The notes: a model not told the origin generated them from the letters alone. Positions 23,202 through 30,741 are shown, numbered from the stretch's first letter. The stretch: DNA of 32,000 nucleotides from Candidatus Saccharimonas aalborgensis (GCF_000392435.1 NC_021219.1:600001-632000), one strand, 5' to 3'. Numbers and translations: made by a program.

Positions 23202-24773
23202 ATGGCGGAACGACTCAAGTCAGCATCACCCGAAGCACCTAATGGTGGTGGATTTGATCCTACTTTTACTGCTGAGTTGCGGGTGGGGCTAGACAGAGTA
23301 GTCGATGACTCAAGTGCTACGCTTGCTGCTGCAGGTGAAGCGTTAATCCAATCGGGTCGGCTTGGACATGTACCCCCAGATCTTGCGCTACCTAGTCCGC
23401 GCATCGAAGTTGCCACTGCAAGGCAGAGTGTTGCGTCGGCTTTTGAGAACAGTCCCGATACTATGCCAGTGACGCAAGATCCATCTTCACAAGTCGAGAG
23501 ATCGAACAGTTTCGCCTCGCTTCAAGAACAGGCGATACCGGCTGGACAAGCAGGTAGACGCATTTACGCTGAGGGTCCCGACGGTACACCACTTACAGGT
23601 GTTCAATGGGACGCTCTGAATCAAGAGGCTCTTTCTAACCGGGCCGGCCCCAGTGCTGCTGAGCTGCACGAAGCGCACATTGCAGAGCGAGCGCAGGCGT
23701 ATGCGGCAGACCAGGCATTGCTAAAGTCGCTGCCGCCAGAGTTTGTGAGTTCTGGTCTAGAGAAATATGGACGAGAAGGCTTTTTGGCCGTTCTAAAGGG
23801 AAAACAAGAGCCAAGTGCGGTTGCGATGAGCCGAACCGCTGATGGCGAAGCTACCTTTACTCATGCCACTACTGGTGAAGTGCTTAGTGTAGGTGAGGTA
23901 CAGGATCGTATTGATCATGCCGAAGCACGACGCATTGGGCACAGTGCTGCCAGTGTTGCCGAAGCGGCCACCACGCAGCTCCCATTCGCTGAAGAGCTTA
24001 TCGATACTGACAATGGTTTAGTATATGTGGAGAAGGGCCATCTTGGTGACGGCTTGGATATGGTAATAGAGATTAGGCCTGATGGTACGCTTGGTGACGT
24101 CGATGTTGTTGTGACCGAAGAAGCTCCCAATGGATCAAGTGAGACGCACGAAGTTGATGTTGTGACGCCAGAGTCAGATAACCCCGATGTTTTGATTGAT
24201 GGTGAGCCGGCTACGCCAAAGGAGGCTGCGACAGTTGAAGCAGTAATTGACCATGTCGGTGAAGTGGTTCATGAACAGCAGAGCAGAGGTAATATAAGTA
24301 ACCCCCAGGAAGTTCAGCGAGAAACGCTACCACAAGAAATGCAAGAAGTTGCCCAGGAAGTAGCACCAGAGGAAAGCCCAGCAGTTGAGCAACAAACTGC
24401 ACCCGAAGAGGCTGCACCGGTGGCAAATGGGGATGGCGAGGCAGTGCAGCCATCTAGGGCACAAGAACGCGCGCCGTTTAGTCTTGAGGTAGCAAACAAT
24501 AATGCAGTATCGTTTGTGAGCAACTATGCGCGTAACCCTAAAGTCCGTGAGTTGCTTGCTGCTTCAGGCGTGGACCTAGAGGATTTCCTTGCTCGGGGAG
24601 CTAGCGGTGAACTACGGATGACATCCGACAAGCTAGCGCACATGAAATCTTTCTTTGCTCAGAATAGCCCAAGGTCGCAAATTTGGAATGAACGACCCGG
24701 TAACGCTTCAGAACTGCAACGTGCTGCAGCTAGGGCGCGTCAGCAACTACTCTCGATTATCGATGGCATCTAG
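23202..24773 (+). CDS. 523-aa acidic, largely low-complexity hypothetical protein
   Basis: ATG 23202 with AAGGA 6 nt upstream. No signal peptide or TM helix. The centre is Glu/Gln/Ala/Pro-rich (PQEMQEVAQEVAPEESPAVEQQTAPEEAAP). No motif I recognise. Confidence 0.55.
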   Translation: MAERLKSASPEAPNGGGFDPTFTAELRVGLDRVVDDSSATLAAAGEALIQSGRLGHVPPDLALPSPRIEVATARQSVASAFENSPDTMPVTQDPSSQVERSNSFASLQEQAIPAGQAGRRIYAEGPDGTPLTGVQWDALNQEALSNRAGPSAAELHEAHIAERAQAYAADQALLKSLPPEFVSSGLEKYGREGFLAVLKGKQEPSAVAMSRTADGEATFTHATTGEVLSVGEVQDRIDHAEARRIGHSAASVAEAATTQLPFAEELIDTDNGLVYVEKGHLGDGLDMVIEIRPDGTLGDVDVVVTEEAPNGSSETHEVDVVTPESDNPDVLIDGEPATPKEAATVEAVIDHVGEVVHEQQSRGNISNPQEVQRETLPQEMQEVAQEVAPEESPAVEQQTAPEEAAPVANGDGEAVQPSRAQERAPFSLEVANNNAVSFVSNYARNPKVRELLAASGVDLEDFLARGASGELRMTSDKLAHMKSFFAQNSPRSQIWNERPGNASELQRAAARARQQLLSIIDGI

Positions 24774-24898
24774 GGAGTTACACACGGCGGGTGTTAAGTC
24801 GATCTCACAAGAGTGAATGGCCTTGGAGAGCTGGTAGTGTTATGTCGGCGTGAATGTATGAGGAGCGAGGGTATTTAGCAATCAGAAGCCTGGCATTG

Positions 24899-25027
24899 TG
24901 GTACAATAAACGTAAGTCGCTCGTACTCTGGTAAGTGCTGGATAGAAGCCTTTTAAAGAAAAGTTTCTACCCGTTACTTACCCCACAAGACAAAGGTGAG
25001 TGATCTAATAAAAGGAGGCTCAGATCT
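24899..25027 (+). promoter_or_regulatory. pnp promoter (extended -10) and structured 5' leader
   Basis: TGgTACAAT at 24899-24907. The leader hairpin pairs GGTAAGT (24930-24936) with ACTTACC (24976-24982). An inner TAGAA/TTCTA stem is separated from it by a symmetric 6x6 internal loop. AAGGAGG SD at 25012-25018. Confidence 0.35.
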
Positions 25028-27151
25028 ATGAGTATTATCAACCCTAATGGCAAGGATATTATTGCCGTTTCTACCGATTTTTGCGGCAAGAAACTGACGC
25101 TCGAAGTCAACCGCGTCGGCTTTCGCACCACCGCCAGTGTGCTCGTTACCTACGGTGACACTGTGGTGCTCGGTACGGCGATGGTGGGTACTAAGCCTGT
25201 TGTGCTCGACTATTTCCCCCTGAGCATCGACTACGAAGAAAAAATGTATGCAGCCGGCAAAATTAGCGGTAGCCGTTTCATCAAGCGCGAAGGCCGTCCG
25301 AGCGATGAAGCGATCTTGATCGGTCGACTCATTGATCGTCCTATCCGACCACTCTTTCCAAAGGGCTATCGCCAAGAAGTCCAGGTGGTCAGCAGTGTGC
25401 TCAGCATGGACCCGAATTTCCGTCCCGACATGGTAGCAATGATCGCGGCGAGTGCTGCGTTGATGCTGACCGGTACACCATTTGACGGTCCCGTGGCTGG
25501 TCTGCGCGTTGGTCGTGTGGCTGGTGAGTTTAAGGCGTTTCTCACTCCCGAGGAGCGTGCGGCGAGCGACCTTGATCTGGTAGTCGCTGGTATCGAGTCG
25601 GGTATCACTATGGTAGAAGCGGGTGCAAATGAAGTTGCCGAAGACGTCATCATCGATGCGATGCGTTGGGCATTTGAAGCATTTCAACCGGCGATAGCAT
25701 TGCAGCATGAGCTTGCCAAGAAAGTTGCGCCAGTTGCGCAGGAATACGATCTTGTGCTTCCAGACGAAACAATTCAAAAGGAAGTCGATCAATGGGTAGA
25801 AGGGAAGCTCGGTGCTGCGCTCCGCAAAGCATACCCCGAGCGCAATGAGCTAATCAATGAGCTTCGCTGGAGTTTCCATGAGGCGATGACTGAGAAAGTT
25901 GGTGATGACTATAGTGATGCAAAGGATGAGTACGATGAAGCATTTACCATGGCCGTTCACAAAGATGTTCGTGATGGCATTGTAAAGGACGGGGTGCGTC
26001 CAGATGGCCGTAAACTTGACGAGATTCGTCCGCTTAGCAGTGAGGTTGGCCTGTTGCCACGTGCGCACGGCTCAAGCTTATTTACTCGAGGGGTGACGCA
26101 GGGACTCAATATTGTGACTCTGGCGCCTCTGAGCTTTGCGCAAATTGTCGATACAATGGAGGTGACTGACGGTGAGCGACGCTACATGCATCATTACAAT
26201 GCTCCCGGCTATACAGTTGGTGAAGTGCGCCGTCTCGGTAGCCCTGGGCGACGTGAGATTGGACATGGATACCTCGCTGAACGGGCACTTATACCAGTGC
26301 TCCCTACCGAAGAAGAGTTCCCGTATGCGATTCGTAGTGTTACGGAGATCATGAGCCAAAATGGCTCAACGAGTATGGCGGCAACCTGTAGTTCCTGCCT
26401 TGCGCTTATGGACGCAGGCGTACCGATCAAGCGACCAGTGAGTGGTATCGCCATGGGTCTGATGGTAGATGGTGACACCCACTATGTATTATCTGATATT
26501 GCCGACGCCGAAGATTTTGCGGGTGATATGGATTTCAAGGTGACCGGTACTGAGCAAGGCATCACCGCCGTACAAATGGACATGAAGGTTCATGGTTTGC
26601 CTGTTGAGGTGCTTGCTGATGCGATTCGCAAGGCTGGTCCAGGTCGTCAACACATCTTAGAACACATGAAGAGTACTCTCGCTGGGCCACGTCAAGCGCT
26701 CAGCCCGTATGCACCGAGGATCGAGAAGATCAAGATCAATCCCGACAAAATTGGCGCGGTGATTGGTAAAGGTGGTGAAGTTATCAACAAGATTACCTCT
26801 GAGACAGGCGCCATGATCGACATCAAAGATGATGGATTGATCACAGTAGCCAGTAGTGACACGGCGAGTATCGAGAAGGCCCTCGAATGGATTCGAGGCT
26901 TGACCGAAGAGCCTGAAGTAGGCAAGATTTATACCGGTAAAGTTGTCACTATCAAGGACTTCGGTGCATTTGTAAACATCATGCCTGGAACGGACGGCAT
27001 GCTTCATATCTCTCAACTTTCAGATAAGCGAGTCGAGAAGGTAACAGATATTCTCAAGGAAGGGCAGATAGTCAACGTTTTACTCTCTGGTATTGACGAA
27101 AAGGGTCGTCTTAGCCTAACCATGAAGGGTGTAAGCCAAGACCAACTCTAG
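25028..27151 (+). CDS. pnp: polyribonucleotide nucleotidyltransferase (PNPase)
   Basis: 707 aa. Two RNase PH domains (YGDTVVLGTA; RPDGRKLDEIRPL; SNGSTSMAATCSSCLALMDAGVP). KH domain (IGAVIGKGGEVINKI). S1 domain (GKIYTGKVVTIKDFGAFVNI). Confidence 0.97.
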   Translation: MSIINPNGKDIIAVSTDFCGKKLTLEVNRVGFRTTASVLVTYGDTVVLGTAMVGTKPVVLDYFPLSIDYEEKMYAAGKISGSRFIKREGRPSDEAILIGRLIDRPIRPLFPKGYRQEVQVVSSVLSMDPNFRPDMVAMIAASAALMLTGTPFDGPVAGLRVGRVAGEFKAFLTPEERAASDLDLVVAGIESGITMVEAGANEVAEDVIIDAMRWAFEAFQPAIALQHELAKKVAPVAQEYDLVLPDETIQKEVDQWVEGKLGAALRKAYPERNELINELRWSFHEAMTEKVGDDYSDAKDEYDEAFTMAVHKDVRDGIVKDGVRPDGRKLDEIRPLSSEVGLLPRAHGSSLFTRGVTQGLNIVTLAPLSFAQIVDTMEVTDGERRYMHHYNAPGYTVGEVRRLGSPGRREIGHGYLAERALIPVLPTEEEFPYAIRSVTEIMSQNGSTSMAATCSSCLALMDAGVPIKRPVSGIAMGLMVDGDTHYVLSDIADAEDFAGDMDFKVTGTEQGITAVQMDMKVHGLPVEVLADAIRKAGPGRQHILEHMKSTLAGPRQALSPYAPRIEKIKINPDKIGAVIGKGGEVINKITSETGAMIDIKDDGLITVASSDTASIEKALEWIRGLTEEPEVGKIYTGKVVTIKDFGAFVNIMPGTDGMLHISQLSDKRVEKVTDILKEGQIVNVLLSGIDEKGRLSLTMKGVSQDQL

Positions 27152-27168
27152 CGGAACACGCTAGAGTT
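27144..27168 (+). terminator. hairpin overlapping the pnp stop codon (weak terminator or attenuator)
   Basis: AACTCTAGCG (27144-27153) pairs with CGCTAGAGTT (27159-27168) around a 5-nt loop. The T-tract is only 3 nt and partly inside the stem. The extended -10 TGgTATGAT (27169-27177) follows immediately. Confidence 0.3.
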
Positions 27169-27205
27169 TGGTATGATGAAGAAAACATAAGGAGAACTAC
27201 TTGTA

Positions 27206-27994
27206 ATGGACCCAAATCAGAATCAACCCAATCAACCGGTGCCGACCCCAGTTGAACCAGTCGCGCCTGTCCCCGCGTCAGCCCCTATGCAACAGCCTGC
27301 ACCGATGCCGTTTTCTCCACCGGTAGGAGCTCCTATGGTACCAGCCGCACCACAGAAATCGAAAAAAGGTTTGATCATCGGCCTTGTTTCAGGCTTTGTC
27401 GGGCTACTTCTCATCGCTGGTATAGGTGTGGCAGTTTGGATGATGAACTACTATGTGTCGAAGGATGATTACCAAAAGGCAGCCGATTCTTTCAATAAGA
27501 TTGTTGATCTTGACTCAAGCGTCGGTTCACTCAGTACCACAACATCAAGCTCGCCAGAGACACTTGACTCAAAGTTTAACGAGTTGAGCACACAGGTAAA
27601 AGGCATGGGCGATCTGAGGGCAATCCAAAAGGATGATAAACTCAATAAACTCTACAAGACCTTTAAGGATGAAACTGATAGGGTAGTGGTATTTGGTCAT
27701 GCTGTTGCAGAGTTTATACGAGCAGCCGACGATTGTAAGAATGTCGAAACAAAGGAAGATGTTCCTGCTTGTGTGACTAAACTGCGCGCCGTCAAAGACA
27801 AAGGTTCGCAAACAGTCACAGATTACGCTGAAGCACTTTCCAAGTACCTCGAAGATGCGATGAACGGCAAGCTTAACTCATCGGCCTATTATGACGCGAC
27901 AACCAAATTCACAAACGATAGCAAGTCGCTCAAGAACGGCTATACTGATAGCGGTAACGCACTCAAAGACGCTATCAACGCAAAGTTGAAATAG
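27206..27994 (+). CDS. single-pass membrane protein with a Pro/Gln-rich N-terminus and a helical ectodomain
   Basis: AAGGAG 11 nt upstream. The N-terminal ~50 aa are Pro-rich. TM helix LIIGLVSGFVGLLLIAGIGVAVWMM. The rest is hydrophilic and helical. No motif I recognise. Confidence 0.65.
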   Translation: MDPNQNQPNQPVPTPVEPVAPVPASAPMQQPAPMPFSPPVGAPMVPAAPQKSKKGLIIGLVSGFVGLLLIAGIGVAVWMMNYYVSKDDYQKAADSFNKIVDLDSSVGSLSTTTSSSPETLDSKFNELSTQVKGMGDLRAIQKDDKLNKLYKTFKDETDRVVVFGHAVAEFIRAADDCKNVETKEDVPACVTKLRAVKDKGSQTVTDYAEALSKYLEDAMNGKLNSSAYYDATTKFTNDSKSLKNGYTDSGNALKDAINAKLK

Positions 27995-28020
27995 ACTCTT
28001 TGAGACCTTAGTTTCAGACT

Positions 28021-28056
28021 AATCGCTCCTGTACAATAGTAGAGGAGCGATTTTTT
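28021..28056 (+). terminator. rho-independent terminator whose 3' arm contains the UDG gene's SD
   Basis: Perfect 10-bp stem AATCGCTCCT (28021-28030) / AGGAGCGATT (28043-28052) with a 12-nt loop. The T-run 28051-28056 abuts ATG 28057. Confidence 0.7.
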
Positions 28057-28638
28057 ATGACTAAACAAACCGAGATGGCTGTACTACAAGAGATGATAGT
28101 TGCAAATGAGGTGTGTCCTGAGCTGAGGAGATCGGCGACCCAGTTAGTTATGGGCGCTGGCAGTCTCGATGCCAAAATCGTATTTATTGGAGAGGCACCG
28201 GGCAAAAATGAGGACGAGCAAGGGGTGCCGTTTGTGGGTGTAGCAGGTAAGTTCTTAAATGAAATGCTTACTCTGGCTGGGATGAATCGTGACGAAGTGT
28301 ACATCACAAACATAGTCAAGTATAGGCCACCCAACAATCGTGACCCTCTGCCCAATGAGAAACAAGCCTTCTGGCCTTATCTCATACGCCAGCTTCAAAT
28401 TATTGATCCTCTCCTCGTCGTGACGCTTGGTAGGCATAGTATGGAGTATTTTCTGCCTGGTAAGAGTATCGGTCAGATTCATGGTCAACCCAAACGAATA
28501 CAATTTGGTGACAAGAAAATAGTTATCGTACCTCTTTACCATCCAGCTGCAGCCTTGTACAACGGCGGTATGAGACAGCTTCTCATGGATGATTTTGTCA
28601 GTTTACCGACCATTCTTGACGCTGCCACTCGTCAATAA
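28057..28638 (+). CDS. uracil-DNA glycosylase, family 4
   Basis: FIGEAPGKNEDEQGVPFVGVAGKFLNEML is family-4 motif A. LYHPAAALYN is motif B. Confidence 0.88.
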   Translation: MTKQTEMAVLQEMIVANEVCPELRRSATQLVMGAGSLDAKIVFIGEAPGKNEDEQGVPFVGVAGKFLNEMLTLAGMNRDEVYITNIVKYRPPNNRDPLPNEKQAFWPYLIRQLQIIDPLLVVTLGRHSMEYFLPGKSIGQIHGQPKRIQFGDKKIVIVPLYHPAAALYNGGMRQLLMDDFVSLPTILDAATRQ

Positions 28639-28658
28639 CGGTGACAAAGAGGCAACTG

Positions 28659-29441
28659 TTAATTCTGTGTGTCTGAAGTGTCTTTTAGAGCGGTTTTGAG
28701 AACGGTACGAGCTGCCTCAACCGTTTGTTTCATGGTCTCATTGTTGGCTTTGATAGCAGCATCACGGGTAGTGGCCAACGCTTTGATTTGAGGACCAAGT
28801 TTTGCATCTTCCTGCTTGGCGGCGCTAAAGGTTTCACGAGCTTGCTTGAGCGATGCCCGGAACGTCTCAGCAGTAGTTTGGGGGTTCGTAGCACAACTGG
28901 CTTTTGCGGTCGCAACAGCTGTTTTTACAGAGTTTGTAAACGTAGCAACTCGAGTGTCTACTGCACTGCGGTGAGCAGCAATAAGAGCATCGACTGCTGT
29001 ACGGTACTGTGTGCGAGCTTTGTCATTTGCCATCTGTCGAGTCTCGATAGCATTTTTAATCGTTTTTACGTAGGTTGCAACCGCAGCCTTTTGTCCGGGA
29101 GTTTTTGCAAGTGACTCTAGCTTTGAGAAGTTTTCATCTCGCTTTGTTTCCCACGTTTTACGATCGGCCATGAGTTTCGCATCTACCGAGCTTCGGTTGG
29201 AAGAGCGTTCTTTGTCTGCTGTATCACGCGTTGACGATAGTTTGCCTGAGCGGCTGGAGATTTCACCAGATGTTTTGGTTGTGATGTCGCTCAGTGAGCG
29301 GCAAAAACTGCTCTGCCCGCCTGTCGTTGTCGGTTGTTGGTTGTCTGGTTGTGCTTCTATAGCGAAAGACAGCGTAGGAACAAGTGCTATCGCGAAGCTG
29401 AGACCGACAAGAGAAGTGGTATGTTTAAAACTTTGTTTCAT
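28659..29441 (-). CDS. secreted alpha-helical Ala/Lys/Thr-rich protein, unknown function
   Basis: Preferred start is ATG 29441 (MKQSFKHTTSLVGLSFAIALVPTLSFA, a signal peptide) with AGGAG 6 nt upstream. The longer 334-aa reading adds an implausible Pro/Arg/Cys-rich extension that overlaps the upstream gene. Confidence 0.6.
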   Translation of the reverse strand: MKQSFKHTTSLVGLSFAIALVPTLSFAIEAQPDNQQPTTTGGQSSFCRSLSDITTKTSGEISSRSGKLSSTRDTADKERSSNRSSVDAKLMADRKTWETKRDENFSKLESLAKTPGQKAAVATYVKTIKNAIETRQMANDKARTQYRTAVDALIAAHRSAVDTRVATFTNSVKTAVATAKASCATNPQTTAETFRASLKQARETFSAAKQEDAKLGPQIKALATTRDAAIKANNETMKQTVEAARTVLKTALKDTSDTQN

Positions 29442-29889
29442 CGTAGGCTCCTGAAATATTGTCGACTTCCTTACTGATTGTTTCAACTTCCTTGGTATCT
29501 TGGGCCGTCTGTTCTGACGCATCGGTGATATCGCGATTAGACTCATCGATAAGCTGTGAGTTAATTGCATCTTCTGGAGCGAGTGTGGTGGAAGTAGGCG
29601 CCTGGGTGGTTTTTTGTTGTGTGGCCACTGGCTTTTGGGTGTTCGACATGTACAGGTAGGCAACCACCAGCGCAGCTATAACGACGACAGCGAGGGTGAT
29701 TAGTACAACTAAGCGCTTCTTTGATGAGGAACGCACGACAGGTAACGTTTGAGGAGATGAGGGTGATGTAGCCTCCAGTTCCTCGCCCAGAGGTGATTCG
29801 GGCGCTGTTATTGGTGATCGTTCTGACGGCAAGCTCGGTGGTGGGGTCTGCTCAGCCTCGGTTGGGGGGTTGGGAGCATTTGTATCCAT
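29425..29889 (-). CDS. single-pass membrane protein with a Pro-rich N-terminus
   Basis: 154 aa. Pro/Ser/Glu-rich N-terminus. TM helix LVVLITLAVVVIAALVVAYLY. Acidic ectodomain. The extended -10 TGcTATACT (minus strand, 29904-29896) sits 6 nt before the ATG and there is no SD. Confidence 0.6.
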   Translation of the reverse strand: MDTNAPNPPTEAEQTPPPSLPSERSPITAPESPLGEELEATSPSSPQTLPVVRSSSKKRLVVLITLAVVVIAALVVAYLYMSNTQKPVATQQKTTQAPTSTTLAPEDAINSQLIDESNRDITDASEQTAQDTKEVETISKEVDNISGAYDETKF

Positions 29890-29904
29890 GTGGTCAGTAT
29901 AGCA

Positions 29905-29924
29905 AAATCTGCTTAAATCTGCTT
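29905..29924. repeat. tandem 10-bp direct repeat in a divergent promoter region
   Basis: AAATCTGCTT occurs twice (29905-29914 and 29915-29924). It occupies the -35 region of the minus-strand promoter. Confidence 0.6.
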
Positions 29925-29947
29925 AAGACTATCAATATACTTATGGT

Positions 29948-29975
29948 TTGGAACGAAAACGTCGCTTGCTACAAT
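29948..29975 (+). promoter_or_regulatory. promoter, leaderless-type geometry
   Basis: TTGGAA (29948-29953), 16-nt spacer, TACAAT (29970-29975). The in-frame ATG 29983 lies 7 nt downstream. ATG 29974 overlaps the -10 box. Confidence 0.45.
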
Positions 29976-30738
29976 GGCCAGTATGTCTAGTTACGAGGCG
30001 AAAAAGCCAATCATTGATACTATCCTGGCGAATCATCGTACCGAAAACCTTGATAGGATCGTCGACGCACTTTCTGATTCTGACGGATCGATACTGGCGC
30101 TTGAAGCTGCTGGCGAAACGAAGGCAGAACGCGCTTGCATTGAGCGAGCACTCAATGCTTTTGTGGCGGGTAACCCCTGTCAAGAGGACATGGAGTTTCT
30201 GATAGAGATAGGCGACGGCCTATTCGATCGAGTTGCGACGCGTTTTGAGGGTACAGGAAAAAAGCTTTACCTTGTTGATGCCTCCTGCGAGGACAGGGTG
30301 TTTCGCTATATTCATCGCTCCGATCAACAGTTTGATTCGCTTGAAACCCTAATAAATAGGGACGCGGATATTGATCTCCTGAGGCATGTGATGCGATGCC
30401 TGGTGGTAGTGGATGCGAGAGCAGTTGCACTGAGAGACCGCCTAGTGGCGCGCCAGGTGCGACAAATTATGCAGATATATCCTGGTGAAAAGATAACGCT
30501 CTTTCAGGGTGCACTTCATAGCCGAGTGAGCCATGAACTTGCGCGGACCGCCAGTGTCTCACGGCTATTTGTACCGTCATTAGCGGAGGAGACAACGTAT
30601 CATCCTCAAGTAAAGATGAGCTATGAAGGTTACGACCATGCATTGCGACAGCAACTTTTTCTCGGTAGTATAGCTGATGATGTGATTGACGAGTCATTAC
30701 TTCAATTTATGCTCCTCTACGAACAGATACGGCCGTAA
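29974..30738 (+). CDS. cytoplasmic hypothetical protein
   Basis: 254-aa ORF; the real start is probably ATG 29983 (MSSYEAKKP). No signal peptide, TM helix or motif I recognise. Confidence 0.6.
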   Translation: MASMSSYEAKKPIIDTILANHRTENLDRIVDALSDSDGSILALEAAGETKAERACIERALNAFVAGNPCQEDMEFLIEIGDGLFDRVATRFEGTGKKLYLVDASCEDRVFRYIHRSDQQFDSLETLINRDADIDLLRHVMRCLVVVDARAVALRDRLVARQVRQIMQIYPGEKITLFQGALHSRVSHELARTASVSRLFVPSLAEETTYHPQVKMSYEGYDHALRQQLFLGSIADDVIDESLLQFMLLYEQIRP

Positions 30739-30741
30739 TGG

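Noticed and set aside
24974-25792. 272-aa minus-strand ORF
   Set aside because: It lies entirely antisense to the 5' part of pnp, whose identity is unambiguous. Its composition (Arg/His/Cys/Phe-rich) is typical of a shadow ORF, and it has no SD or promoter.
29442-29663. N-terminal 74-aa extension of the 334-aa ORF 28659..29663
   Set aside because: The extension (MPTCTCRTPKSQWPHNKKPPRR..) overlaps the upstream gene out of frame. An internal ATG 29441 has an AGGAG SD and is followed directly by a signal peptide.
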